From NCBI GenBank assembly GCA_016861265.1, contig BOLA01000001.1, positions 11,569 through 75,568 on the forward strand: a stretch of 64,000 bases of DNA, given 5' to 3'. Positions 10,258-20,738 of this stretch are shown in pieces (position 1 is the first letter of the stretch; the number at the start of each line of letters is the position of its first letter). The position numbers and the translations under genes were made by a program. The notes beneath the pieces were generated by a model, which did not search any database, had not been told where the DNA came from, and saw only the letters and a list, made by a program, of their open reading frames with translations. Source of the DNA: Patescibacteria group bacterium (lineage in GTDB: Bacteria; Patescibacteriota; Dojkabacteria; J137).

Positions 10258-12165
10258 TTATTCAACAACTTCGCCTTCTATAGGTTCGTCCTTCTTCTTT
10301 TCAGTGTTTGCTGCTGCTTCTCCTGTTGGCTGCATTCCTGCCGCATTTGGATCTTCAGCATAAATTTTAGCCCCTGCATCTTGAGACTTTTGAACTAATT
10401 CGTCGTATGCGCTTTTTACTTCATCAATATTAAAGTCATCTTTACTTACCATTTCCTTTAAAGCTGTCGACTTATCTGTAAGCTCCTTAGCGGAGTCTTC
10501 ACCTATTTTATCCTTATAGTCTTTAACAAGCTTTTCAGTTTGATAGACTAAGGATTCCGCATCGTTCTTAGTTTTTAATCTTGTTACAACTTCTTCATCT
10601 TTTGCCTTGTTTTCCTCTGCCTCTCTAACTCTTTTGTCAATTTCTTCCTGCTCCATATGTGTGGATGCAGTAATCGTAATACTCTGTTCTTTATTTGTTT
10701 TTACGTCCTTAGCTTTAACATTCAATATTCCATTTGCATCTAATTTAAATGTTATTGCAAATCTTGGTGTTCCCCTTGGTGCTGGTGGAATGTCTTCTAG
10801 TCTGAAACTTCCCAATACTTTATTATCTTTGGCAAGTGGTCTTTCCCCTTGTAGTACCTTTACATCAATTGCAGGTTGATTATCTACTGCAGTTGTAAAC
10901 ATGTCTTCAGTTTTTTCTGTAGGAATAGTTGTATTTCTAGGGATAATCACATGCATTTCCCCAGCGTTAACTTCAAGTCCAAGGGACAATGGAGTTACAT
11001 CAAGTAATGTAATATCCTGAACGCTTGAATCACCTGCTAGTACAGCTGCCTGTAGTGCGGCTCCAACAGCAACAACTTCATCAGGGTTAACTGATTGGTT
11101 ACCCTTTTTTCCAAAAAATTCTTCAACTTTTCTTAGTACTAATGGCATTCTTGTCATACCACCAACCATAATTACTTCATGAACATCAGATTTTTCTAGG
11201 CCAGCATCAGATAATGCCTTTTTAACAGAGTCAAATGTTTTATCGACTAAGTCGCCTACAATATTTTCAAACTGTGCTCTGGTTAATTGTAATCTAAAGT
11301 GTTTTGGTCCTTTTGCATCCGCAGTTATATATGGAAGATTAACGTCTGCCACCTCGCTACTGGATAGTGTAATTTTAGCCTTTTCAGCAGCTTCCTTTAG
11401 TCTTTGTAATGCTGCAGCATCTTCCTTTAAATCAATACCTTGTTCCTTCTTAAACTCACTAATAAAGTGGTCGATTAATCTTTGATCAAAATCGTCTCCT
11501 CCTAAATGAGTATCTCCTGCAGTTGATCTAACTTCGTAAACACCGTCTCCGATATCCAAAATTGATACATCGAATGTTCCTCCTCCTAAGTCGTAGACTG
11601 CAATTGTAGAGTCACCTTTTTTATCTAAACCGTAGGCAATTGCTGCGGCAGTAGGTTCATTAATAATTCTTTTTACATCAAAACCTGCAATTTTACCTGC
11701 ATTTTTTGTAGCCTGTCTTTGAGAATCATCAAAATAAGCAGGAACTGTAATCACAGCTTCTGTAATAGTTTCTCCTAGATATGCCTCCGCATCAGTTTTA
11801 ATCTTTGCCAAAACCTTAGCTGAGATAACTTCTGGAGCAACCCATTCATTACCGAATCTTATCTCAACACCGCCCTTATCTGATTTTCTGATTTCAAAGG
11901 GTAAGAGTTCGATGTCTTTTTGAACAGCTGCATCATCGTATCTTCTACCGATTAGTCTTTTTATAGAATAAAATGTTTGCTCAGGATTTGTTACCATCTG
12001 GTTTTTTGCGGTAATTCCTACAATTTCGCTTGTATTATCAATTGCCACAACAGATGGAATTAATCTTGAACCTTCCTTACTTGTTATAACCTCAGGTTTT
12101 CCTGCCTGTACAAAAGCTACAGCAGAGTTTGTGGTACCTAAGTCTATTCCTACTACTTTTGCCAT
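10258..12165 (-). CDS. dnaK: Chaperone DnaK (Hsp70)
   Basis: GIDLGTTNS, TVPAYFDDSQRQATK, DLGGGTFDVS. Confidence 0.99.
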   Translation of the reverse strand: MAKVVGIDLGTTNSAVAFVQAGKPEVITSKEGSRLIPSVVAIDNTSEIVGITAKNQMVTNPEQTFYSIKRLIGRRYDDAAVQKDIELLPFEIRKSDKGGVEIRFGNEWVAPEVISAKVLAKIKTDAEAYLGETITEAVITVPAYFDDSQRQATKNAGKIAGFDVKRIINEPTAAAIAYGLDKKGDSTIAVYDLGGGTFDVSILDIGDGVYEVRSTAGDTHLGGDDFDQRLIDHFISEFKKEQGIDLKEDAAALQRLKEAAEKAKITLSSSEVADVNLPYITADAKGPKHFRLQLTRAQFENIVGDLVDKTFDSVKKALSDAGLEKSDVHEVIMVGGMTRMPLVLRKVEEFFGKKGNQSVNPDEVVAVGAALQAAVLAGDSSVQDITLLDVTPLSLGLEVNAGEMHVIIPRNTTIPTEKTEDMFTTAVDNQPAIDVKVLQGERPLAKDNKVLGSFRLEDIPPAPRGTPRFAITFKLDANGILNVKAKDVKTNKEQSITITASTHMEQEEIDKRVREAEENKAKDEEVVTRLKTKNDAESLVYQTEKLVKDYKDKIGEDSAKELTDKSTALKEMVSKDDFNIDEVKSAYDELVQKSQDAGAKIYAEDPNAAGMQPTGEAAANTEKKKDEPIEGEVVE

Positions 12166-12208
12166 ATATTAAATGTTAATGATTAAAATCTAGTTAAATT
12201 TTCTTAAA

Positions 12209-12235
12209 TTAGCACTCTAATTCTATACCTGCTAA
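12209..12235 (-). promoter_or_regulatory. CIRCE operator overlapping a sigma70 promoter of dnaK
   Basis: TTAGCACTC-N9-ACCTGCTAA versus consensus TTAGCACTC-N9-GAGTGCTAA; minus-strand TTGACA (12244-12249)-N18-TAGAAT (12220-12225). Confidence 0.85.
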
Positions 12236-12262
12236 TTTAAGATTGTCAAATAAATTTCCTGA

Positions 12263-13204
12263 TTATTTCCCTACTACAACCTTTGCTGGCTTAAGTATGA
12301 ATTCTTTATCTTTATATTTATAAGCACTAGATATAACAGCAATTACTTTACCTTTCTGTTCCTCACCTGCAGCAACTGTTGATACTGCTTCCATTTTTTC
12401 TTTATTAAAATCATCTCCAACTTTTACATCTATTACTTCCACTCCTGTAGCTGTAACAGCTAACACTAATTTATCCTGAGCTGATTTTAAAGACACCTTG
12501 GCATGATCTAAAGATAAGTTTTCATCATTTAATGCGAGATGTAAATCGTCGTAGACTTCGAGCATTTCTCTTATTAAACCCATATTCGAAACTGCACCCC
12601 AGGTAGCCTTTTCTTGTTCAACTCTTCTTTGATAGTTCTGAAAGTCGGCCATAACTTGTATTCTCTTCATTTGTTCTTCTTGAAGTTGAGATTGAAGTCT
12701 TTCTGTATCCTTTTCCTGATCGGTCTTCTTTAAAGCTGCTTCTATATCTTCTACGGCAGGTTCAGTAATTGGGACGATACTTAAAACTACTTCAGAGTTT
12801 GTTTCAAGAAGTTCTAGTTTGTTAGGAAGAACTTCCTTAATTACATTGTTATCCGAAATACTATTAAATTCTTTACTAAAGTCATCAAAATTTTCAACTT
12901 TTAAATAAACAATATACTTATGATTATAGTGACTGTGTACATTAGGTTTGGCAACCTTGAAAAATGCTAAAACACATTCACCATTTATTATTTCTTTATT
13001 TAGTTTATACATTGTTCCTCTTTCATCCTCGTTTTCTACTGTACCTAATTTTTCTGCTGAAAGCTTACTTTCCAGATATTGTTGATTATCGTAGGTGAAT
13101 AATGTGGCATGATCAATATCCACTTCAAAATCTGGAAAATACTTATTCTTTGTTTCTAAAGCCTTACTTAGAATGCTCTCTAGGTCTGATTGTTCTAATA
13201 TCAT
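12263..13204 (-). CDS. grpE: GrpE nucleotide exchange factor with an extra N-terminal domain of about 150 aa
   Basis: ADFQNYQRR, VGDDFNKEKMEAV, ILKPAKVVV; lies between hrcA and dnaK. Confidence 0.9.
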   Translation of the reverse strand: MILEQSDLESILSKALETKNKYFPDFEVDIDHATLFTYDNQQYLESKLSAEKLGTVENEDERGTMYKLNKEIINGECVLAFFKVAKPNVHSHYNHKYIVYLKVENFDDFSKEFNSISDNNVIKEVLPNKLELLETNSEVVLSIVPITEPAVEDIEAALKKTDQEKDTERLQSQLQEEQMKRIQVMADFQNYQRRVEQEKATWGAVSNMGLIREMLEVYDDLHLALNDENLSLDHAKVSLKSAQDKLVLAVTATGVEVIDVKVGDDFNKEKMEAVSTVAAGEEQKGKVIAVISSAYKYKDKEFILKPAKVVVGK

Positions 13205-13205
13205 G

Positions 13206-13934
13206 TTAATTACTTAATAAATATCTAATTGTGTCTGTAATATACTTTACAGAAGGAATTATTTGTAGATAATCCATTCTATTTGGACCAATAACTGCAA
13301 TGTAACCTTTCTTTAATTTTAGTACTCTAATTTCGGAAAAAATCACTGCGTAGTCTTTAAACAGTGAGTTTTCTGCTTCCTCTCCTATAATTATATTAAT
13401 ATCTTCGTCTGAAGTGCCTTTATTCAGGATCTCAGAAAGTGAATAATAATCTTCCATAAGTAGTAGTATTTTTCTTAGGTTTTCATGCTCTTTAAATTCA
13501 GGAATATTTATCATTTCGCTTAATCCTGCATAGTAGAATTCATTTTCAATAATGGCTACAGCTGGGTTTAGTGTAAGTCTGGATAACTCAAAAATTGCCT
13601 TTCTAATTAAATCCTTACTATTTGGTCTTAAACCGTATAGTTCATCTTTAATTTTGGACTTAGTCAGATCATCAATCTTGTTGAGCTCTTCTTCTCCTAA
13701 AGATTCAATAAAAAATCTCCAGCCTTTTGTAGTAGGAATTCTTCCCCCACTGTTATGTTTTTGGAATAAGTAGCCCAGTTCCACCAATACCGACATTTCG
13801 TTTCTTATTGTTGCAGGGCTCAAATCGAAGTTATATTTGCTTTGTAAACTTATCGAACCAACAGCCTCTGCTGTCTTTATGAATTCCCGTACTATACTTA
13901 ATAATAGGTTTTGCTGTCTTTCTGTTAAATCCAT
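13206..13934 (-). CDS. hrcA: Heat-inducible transcription repressor HrcA
   Basis: LTERQ...SPATIRNEM...H.SGGRIPT.KGWR; VIGPNRMDY. Confidence 0.95.
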   Translation of the reverse strand: MDLTERQQNLLLSIVREFIKTAEAVGSISLQSKYNFDLSPATIRNEMSVLVELGYLFQKHNSGGRIPTTKGWRFFIESLGEEELNKIDDLTKSKIKDELYGLRPNSKDLIRKAIFELSRLTLNPAVAIIENEFYYAGLSEMINIPEFKEHENLRKILLLMEDYYSLSEILNKGTSDEDINIIIGEEAENSLFKDYAVIFSEIRVLKLKKGYIAVIGPNRMDYLQIIPSVKYITDTIRYLLSN

Positions 13935-13974
13935 AAATAAACTTTTTTAAAAGCAAAACAAGTTTACCATACAA

Positions 13975-14001
13975 TTGGCAATCTTGGCTAAGAGCTGCTA
14001 A
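13975..14001 (-). promoter_or_regulatory. Degenerate CIRCE operator upstream of hrcA
   Basis: Plus strand TTGGCAATC-N9-AGCTGCTAA, 40 bp upstream of the hrcA ATG. Confidence 0.7.
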
Positions 14002-14059
14002 ATATAGCTTGTCTCACAAAAGCTTTGAGTGTTATTATTTTTATAATTAAAAACAATTT

Positions 14060-14479
14060 ATGACAACACCATATTTAGATAGCTACTTAATAGGTCCTAA
14101 GGGAATTAATAACTTTGGTACCGATTCATTGGCTGTTTTAAAGGCCTTACTTGAAGTTGAAAACAATGAAACTATTGAAGCAGACAGAGAATTTATAGAA
14201 AGAATAATTGAATTCTTTGGCAACCACGATAATATTTGGGCTAAAAGAAATGGTGTATATATTAATAACGATCCTGCAATTATTGAGGCAAGAAATAGAA
14301 GGATTTCCGAAATTGCCTTTATAGTAGGCTTTGATGAAGCCAGAATTGATTCTTTAATTACAAGAATATACAACGCTTTTAAGAGGCATTTCTATAAAGG
14401 TACATGCTTTAATGCTGCACTTGCTTACAGTGAGAAAAGATTAAAAAAGGTAATTGAAGATATTGAAGCGGAAGCCTAG
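14060..14479 (+). CDS. Hypothetical protein
   Basis: ORF track. Confidence 0.6.
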   Translation: MTTPYLDSYLIGPKGINNFGTDSLAVLKALLEVENNETIEADREFIERIIEFFGNHDNIWAKRNGVYINNDPAIIEARNRRISEIAFIVGFDEARIDSLITRIYNAFKRHFYKGTCFNAALAYSEKRLKKVIEDIEAEA

Positions 14480-16977
14480 ATTAGTCCTAATTGTTCGGGA
14501 TGAATGGCTTTCGGCTTTTTAACCTTTGCTTTAGAGGATGCATTTGAACTTTTGCTTACGGTTTTTTCCACGGAGTTTTCCTGTTCAAATGCCTTAAGTA
14601 TACTGTCTGCCTTTACTAATACATCTTTAGGGATTCCTGCAAGTTTTGCCACATGTACGCCATAACTTCTATTCGTTCCACCTTTTACAATTTTATGTTT
14701 AAACATTATTTCCTCTTTTACTTCAAGTACCTCTACATTGTAATTTACTATTCCTTTGTACTGAGATTCTAGATTTATTAATTCATGGTAATGTGTTGCA
14801 AACAGTGTTTTTGAATTAAGCTTTTCAAATATAAACTCTATTATTGACCATGCAATCGCAACTCCATCGTAGGTGCTGGTTCCCCTGCCGACTTCGTCTA
14901 ACATAATTAAACTATCTTTAGTTGCGTTGTTAAGTATATTTGCGGTCTCGTTCATTTCTACCATGAAGGTAGACTCTCCTTTACTTAAATTATCTGTTGC
15001 ACCAACTCTTGTAAAAATTCTATCTACAATGTTCCATCTCATTTTATTTGCAGGTACAAAACTTCCAATTTGCGCCATTAATGTAATTAAGGCCACTTGC
15101 CTTATATAAGTCGATTTACCCGACATATTCGGTCCTGTTAGAATATGGATAAGATTTTGTGCATTAAATTCCACCGAATTCGGAACAAACTCATTTACAA
15201 TTCTTTCAATGACTGGATGTCGTGAGTGTTCAATTTCAAGAATGTTATCTTGTACTATTTCAGGTTTAACATACCTGTTATCTTTTGCTACTTTAGCAAA
15301 GCTAATATAACAATCAATTTCCGCAACTATTTCTGCTGCTTCAAGTATTTCAGTAATATACTCAGCAATTTTATTTCTAATCTCAACAAACAATGATTGT
15401 TCTAGTTTTATTAACTTATCTTCAGAAGAAAGGATCTTTTCTTCCAATACTTTTAACTCAGGAGTTATGTAACGTTCTGCGTTTGCCAGAGTCTGTTTTC
15501 TAATATATGTATCCGGCACCTTGCTAATGTGTGTCTTTGTTACTTCTATGTAATAGCCAAAGACAGAATTAAACGAAATCTTGAGTGAAGTGATTCCTGT
15601 TTTAGTAATTTCATCGGCTTGCATTTTTGTAAGTATTTGCTTTGAGTTTTGTCTTAATTCTCTAATTTCATCTACTTGAGCGTTAAAACCTTTTTTTATA
15701 ATTCCTACTTCGCTTAAGTTTGCAGAAGGTTCGTTATCAATTGACTCATCGATAATACTAATTACTTTATCGGTGCATTGTTTTAAACTTGATTCACTTT
15801 CCCTAAATTTTTGAATTAAAGCCTTTAATCTTGCCGATAATTTCTTGTGTGTATCTAATATATCAATTATCTTGTTTATATTTTCAAGACTAAGTTTTAG
15901 GGCAATTAAATCTCTTGGATTAGCAGATGCAGTTCCAATCCTGCCGGATATTCTTTCTATATCCGAAATTTTATCTAGTATTGACTCAATGTCGTTTACT
16001 AGAATAGGATTTTCAAAGAAATTTTTAACACTATCGAGCCTATCGGTTAATTTATCTTTGTTTATTAATGGATATACAATCCATCTCCTTAAATTTCGTT
16101 TTCCCATAGAAGTAGAACTTCTATTCAAAACATTGTACAAAGTATTTTGATCATTTCCGCTTGATGAATATATTAATTCTAGATTCTTAATTGTTTCGGA
16201 ATCTAGTTGCATATAATCAGAATAAGTATATTTTTTTAGGGACTTTATGTGTTTAAGTTCACCCTTTTGGCACTCCTTTAAATAGTTCACCAGAACCCCT
16301 GCCACAATTACTAATGGATCGTTATCCTCTAGACCAAAACCCTGAACACTTAATACACCAAGCTGTGATAATAAACATTCGAGTGCGTAATTTATTTCAA
16401 ATCTGTTATCAGGTACTGTTTCAACAATTTTCGTAGAAAGAGATTTAACCCATTCAAAATCCTTTTGTGAGGTAAGGATTTCCGATGGATTAATTTTATT
16501 AATCTCAAGTTTTAATTGATTTAAATGTTGGGTGTTGAATACGTACAGTGCTCCAGTAGATAAATCACTATAGGCAAAAAGATATTCACTTTTTAATTTA
16601 TAAATGCAGGCAATATAATTATTCTTAGATGAATCTAATGAATTTTCATCCATTATAGTTCCTGGGGTAATTACTTTTGTAACCTTTCTTTCTACAAGTT
16701 TTCCAGGAATGGGTTCTTCCATTTGCTCAGCAATTACAACCTTTAGTCCTGCATCAACTATTTTTGGCATGTAGTTAGGCAAGGCGTGATATGGAATTCC
16801 TGCTAGAGGAGTCTTGTTTGCATCCTTACCTCTGCTCGTAAGGGTTATGCCCAGTACTTTAGATATTTGAATAGCATCCTCGTTAAAAGTTTCGTAAAAG
16901 TCCCCAAGTCTAAAAAGGATAATAAAATCCTGATAGTCATTTTTAATCTTTTGGTATTGTTCCTGCATTGGAGTCAT
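14476..16977 (-). CDS. mutS: DNA mismatch repair protein MutS
   Basis: TPMQEQY, FRLGDFYE, TGPNMSGKSTY, DEVGRGTST, FATHYHEL. Confidence 0.98.
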   Translation of the reverse strand: MTPMQEQYQKIKNDYQDFIILFRLGDFYETFNEDAIQISKVLGITLTSRGKDANKTPLAGIPYHALPNYMPKIVDAGLKVVIAEQMEEPIPGKLVERKVTKVITPGTIMDENSLDSSKNNYIACIYKLKSEYLFAYSDLSTGALYVFNTQHLNQLKLEINKINPSEILTSQKDFEWVKSLSTKIVETVPDNRFEINYALECLLSQLGVLSVQGFGLEDNDPLVIVAGVLVNYLKECQKGELKHIKSLKKYTYSDYMQLDSETIKNLELIYSSSGNDQNTLYNVLNRSSTSMGKRNLRRWIVYPLINKDKLTDRLDSVKNFFENPILVNDIESILDKISDIERISGRIGTASANPRDLIALKLSLENINKIIDILDTHKKLSARLKALIQKFRESESSLKQCTDKVISIIDESIDNEPSANLSEVGIIKKGFNAQVDEIRELRQNSKQILTKMQADEITKTGITSLKISFNSVFGYYIEVTKTHISKVPDTYIRKQTLANAERYITPELKVLEEKILSSEDKLIKLEQSLFVEIRNKIAEYITEILEAAEIVAEIDCYISFAKVAKDNRYVKPEIVQDNILEIEHSRHPVIERIVNEFVPNSVEFNAQNLIHILTGPNMSGKSTYIRQVALITLMAQIGSFVPANKMRWNIVDRIFTRVGATDNLSKGESTFMVEMNETANILNNATKDSLIMLDEVGRGTSTYDGVAIAWSIIEFIFEKLNSKTLFATHYHELINLESQYKGIVNYNVEVLEVKEEIMFKHKIVKGGTNRSYGVHVAKLAGIPKDVLVKADSILKAFEQENSVEKTVSKSSNASSKAKVKKPKAIHPEQLGLI

Positions 16978-16998
16978 ATACAGGGATTATACATTAAT

Positions 16999-17280
16999 CT
17001 AATTGTTCTTATCTCTAAATTCAGCATCTACGAATTCTGTTGAAGATTTAGCAGTTTTCTTTGATTTTGTATTTACGTTTTTGGCAGCCTTAAAAGCTCT
17101 TGAAAAATCTTTGAATAAGTCTACTGCAGTTTTTATTAAACTCATTGCCAATAAAGCAGATCTTACTCTAGCTGAACCAAGTATATAAAAAACAAAGGCT
17201 ATTAATATAATTAGAAAACTGCAAAGGCAGCAAACTAGAACAAAGAAAAATGTCATTATATCAGTTGAAAAAGTATTCAT
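16999..17280 (-). CDS. Small membrane protein with CCxC in its TM segment
   Basis: FFFVLVCCLCSFLIILIAF; C-terminal VDAEF. Confidence 0.65.
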   Translation of the reverse strand: MNTFSTDIMTFFFVLVCCLCSFLIILIAFVFYILGSARVRSALLAMSLIKTAVDLFKDFSRAFKAAKNVNTKSKKTAKSSTEFVDAEFRDKNN

Positions 17281-17304
17281 TTTTATATTATATCAAATCA
17301 ACTT

Positions 17305-18429
17305 TTGCAAATTTTATCTATTTTGGATGATAAAATGAAATACATGAAAAAAATAAAGGAACTTGCTAATTTTAATAAAATTATTCTTTTACTAGGTCTC
17401 CTGGTTATTTTCTTTTATCAAATCAAAGGAGGATACAACTATTTTAACTTCTCTCCCGAAGGGCAATTAATTGTATTAAGAGTGCAAGATTTTATTACTC
17501 TTGTTTTAAGTATTATTGTAGAGGCATTTCCTTTTGTAATACTAGGCGTTTCGATATCGACTTTAATTGGAATAAATTTTTTTGGCTGGCTAAAGAAAAC
17601 AACATATAACAATAAGAAGGTACTACTGCCATTATATCTGCTCTATTTTTACTCTTCAAAGATAGATAGTAAGCTTAAAAAGAACAGGATTTATTCTCAT
17701 GTTAAGGTTTCATTGTTGGGAGTTTTCTTGCCTGTGTGTGAATGTGGAAATGTTCCTGTAGCAAGAAGATTGCTCATGGGTGGCTTTACAGTATCACAGT
17801 CAATTACTTTTTTATTAGCAGCACCAATACTAAACCCTGTCACGTTTCTGACAACACTCGAGGCGTTCAATTACGATAAATCTATAGTAATTATTAGATT
17901 ATTATCAGGCTTTTTAATAGCGAACTTTATTGGAATAATATTAAGCTTTAAAAAACCGCAAAACGAATTCCTTAATTTAGATTTCTATCAGGAAATTTGT
18001 GAAATTAACGAGCATGGTCATTCAAAAAATACCTTAAAAGAAGCTTTAAATATATTTAATCGTGAATTTATTGAGATGTTTAAAGTTCTTATTATTGGTG
18101 CAGCCCTTGCTGCAGCTTCGCAAACATTTATTCCAAGAGATATTATCATTACAATTGGTCAGAATCCTGTACTTTCAATATTAGCTATGATTTTACTTGC
18201 GTTCGTAATATCGATTTGTTCAAATGTGGACGCATTCTTTGCCCTTTCTTATGTAAATAGTTTTACTATTGGTTCTGTTTTAGGTTTTCTTATATTTGGA
18301 CCAATGATAGATATAAAATTACTTACAATGCTAAGAACAACTTACAAGGCAAAGTTATTGGCAATTGTTACTCTGTTTGTATTCCTTTTCAGCTTTCTTA
18401 TTGCTTTACTAGTTAATTTTATTAAATGA
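17305..18429 (+). CDS. Permease, DUF318/ArsP_1 (YcgR-like); true start probably ATG near 17335 or 17344
   Basis: EAFPF, LPVCECGNVPVARRL, FLLAAPILNP, SICSNVDAF, FGPMIDIK. Confidence 0.88.
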   Translation: MQILSILDDKMKYMKKIKELANFNKIILLLGLLVIFFYQIKGGYNYFNFSPEGQLIVLRVQDFITLVLSIIVEAFPFVILGVSISTLIGINFFGWLKKTTYNNKKVLLPLYLLYFYSSKIDSKLKKNRIYSHVKVSLLGVFLPVCECGNVPVARRLLMGGFTVSQSITFLLAAPILNPVTFLTTLEAFNYDKSIVIIRLLSGFLIANFIGIILSFKKPQNEFLNLDFYQEICEINEHGHSKNTLKEALNIFNREFIEMFKVLIIGAALAAASQTFIPRDIIITIGQNPVLSILAMILLAFVISICSNVDAFFALSYVNSFTIGSVLGFLIFGPMIDIKLLTMLRTTYKAKLLAIVTLFVFLFSFLIALLVNFIK

Positions 18430-19265
18430 ACAAATTAATAAGCTCAGTAACATTAATGGGAATGGGATTATATGGAATACTACTATTTAACGCTAACAAA
18501 CTTGGTTTGTATATTCACCCACGTTTTTTTGAGGAATCATATATTGCAAGCATAGTTGCATTTATTATTGGCATAATCAGCTTAGTTTACTTTATATACA
18601 CTGAAAAAAATAAGTTAATAATTCAAATAAAACAAATTGTTAATAATAGAATCTTAATGATCGCTGTTTTGTTAGGACTTTCATTTTTTATTAATTCAAT
18701 ATTCTTAATAGTTGCTGCCTTAGTTGTATTAATGCCTAACAAGAACGGTATTCCAAAAGAATTTGCTTCGGCACTACTAACCCTTGGTATTATATCTATA
18801 GGACTCTTTTTACCTGCTAAAGGTCTTAGTTCTATTACAGCATCTCAAAGATCAATTGATTTAAATTCCATTAACTTAACTCAAGATACAATATCGGCAG
18901 TTCAAAACTTTAGTAAGAGTACTACAAATTTTTCTTTAGGGGATTGGATTGCAATGCAAAATTTTAATCCTGATCCGGAATTCTATGTAGATAAAGAAGT
19001 TAAGGTTTCTGGTTTTTTGTATAAACCTACTAACTTAAATTTAAATACAGAAACTGCAGTTGTAGCCCGATTCATTATTACCTGCTGCGCTGTAGATGCA
19101 AGACCTGTAGGCTTGCGAATGCAACTTATTGAAGACTCTGATTTAAAACCCGATGATTGGATTGAGGTTATAGGCAAATTTGGACTAGATAAAAATAATG
19201 AGTTAATCATATTAGCTGAAAATATTAATAAGATATCAGAACCTACAAATCCCTATATTTACTAA
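18426..19265 (+). CDS. TIGR03943/DUF1980 (YcgQ-like) permease partner
   Basis: YIHPR; ARFIITCCAVDARPVG; DDWIEVIG. Confidence 0.88.
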   Translation: MNKLISSVTLMGMGLYGILLFNANKLGLYIHPRFFEESYIASIVAFIIGIISLVYFIYTEKNKLIIQIKQIVNNRILMIAVLLGLSFFINSIFLIVAALVVLMPNKNGIPKEFASALLTLGIISIGLFLPAKGLSSITASQRSIDLNSINLTQDTISAVQNFSKSTTNFSLGDWIAMQNFNPDPEFYVDKEVKVSGFLYKPTNLNLNTETAVVARFIITCCAVDARPVGLRMQLIEDSDLKPDDWIEVIGKFGLDKNNELIILAENINKISEPTNPYIY

Positions 19266-20677
19266 TGAGAAAGGTTACTAAATTTCACAAAATTACCGCT
19301 TTAAGTATTAGTCTATTAATTACTTTAATAGTTCTATTTTTATTATTAAATACATTTGTTCATCCAAAAGTGACTTCGGTAATAATAAAAGGAGGACAAG
19401 ATTCAGCACTAATTAGAAATCAGCAAATCAGACTAGAATTTAATAGACCAATAAAGCGAGATAATATTGCTGATTATATAAAAATAAATCCTTCTATTGA
19501 ATTTAGAACAATATGGTCCGGCAATTCACTGGTGGTAATACCTAATCAGGTGCTCGATTCAGATACAAACTATAATTTAAGTATCAGCAGGGAACTAGAA
19601 GATATTTATAATGAAAAATTTATAGAAGATTTTGAATTTATATTTAAGACTGAGCAACCAAAAATAGCTTTAATTGAAAAACCTTTAAATTCAAATCAGG
19701 AAATACTTGCAATTTACAATTCTGATTTAACAAACCGACAGCAAATTCTTGTACGCGAAAATATAAAATACTTTGGAATAAACGAAAACTTTGCAGTTAT
19801 AGTAACAGAAAATAATTACTCAAATAATATTGAAATACTGAATCGAAGAACAAACGAAGTCAGAAGTCTTGACCTTGTAAATCAAAGAGTTAGTGCATTT
19901 TCGTTTTCCAGCTCCACAACAAGGAACGAATTTGCGTATACAAAACAAGACATTGAAGTAAAGGCAAATTATTATCTACCCAAATCAAAGTCCAAGATTT
20001 ACATTTATAGTCTGGATTCTTATTCACAAAATGAATTTAATCCACAGGGTACTGCAGAAGATGTTACATCGTTAGAATATTCAAATAAGGGTGAATCGTT
20101 ACTCTATAGGACTGGGGATTCATTTTATAGCATTGCTGAAAGTCAAAATCCTGAAAACTATACAGGAATCGGTAGATTTTTATCGGAAGGAAATTTTAGC
20201 AAAGATGACGATGATATTGTATTTATAGCATTCGATCCACTTAACACTTACGATAGTATTCAATTCTTAAGTGTTTTTAATTCAAACAGAGAAACTACGA
20301 AAATTGAGTCGAATAATATTCCTGTGTTAGATCCAAAGTTTAAAAATAAAACAGACAATATTGTTTATGCAGAAAGAATGAATGAACTGATAACAACTAA
20401 AGGAATATATAAAATAATGGAAACAGATTTAAAAGGCAATAAAAAGGAACTATTAGCATCGGCAGAAAACAAAAGCCTTGAGTTACCTGTGCTTAGTTTT
20501 GATGATAGATATATTGCCATTGAGCAATACACAGCTGAACAGCTTAAAGATTATCAGAATTCAAGGAATTTGGGTTTTCAAACCAAACCGCATGCAGGAA
20601 ATATAATTATATTCGATACCGTTCTTAATAAAATATACGATAATAACGTCTTAGGCTCAAGTGTACAGTGGTTATAA
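19265..20677 (+). CDS. Membrane-anchored Ig-like (Big_5) plus TolB-like propeller protein
   Basis: IRLEFNRPI...INPSIEFRTIWSGNSLVVIP...DTNYNLSI; PVLSFDDRYIA. Confidence 0.7.
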   Translation: MRKVTKFHKITALSISLLITLIVLFLLLNTFVHPKVTSVIIKGGQDSALIRNQQIRLEFNRPIKRDNIADYIKINPSIEFRTIWSGNSLVVIPNQVLDSDTNYNLSISRELEDIYNEKFIEDFEFIFKTEQPKIALIEKPLNSNQEILAIYNSDLTNRQQILVRENIKYFGINENFAVIVTENNYSNNIEILNRRTNEVRSLDLVNQRVSAFSFSSSTTRNEFAYTKQDIEVKANYYLPKSKSKIYIYSLDSYSQNEFNPQGTAEDVTSLEYSNKGESLLYRTGDSFYSIAESQNPENYTGIGRFLSEGNFSKDDDDIVFIAFDPLNTYDSIQFLSVFNSNRETTKIESNNIPVLDPKFKNKTDNIVYAERMNELITTKGIYKIMETDLKGNKKELLASAENKSLELPVLSFDDRYIAIEQYTAEQLKDYQNSRNLGFQTKPHAGNIIIFDTVLNKIYDNNVLGSSVQWL

Positions 20678-20738
20678 TAATTGACTTAGGTTTCAAAAAT
20701 GATTAACTATCTTGAATACTTTTATTAATATATCCTAG

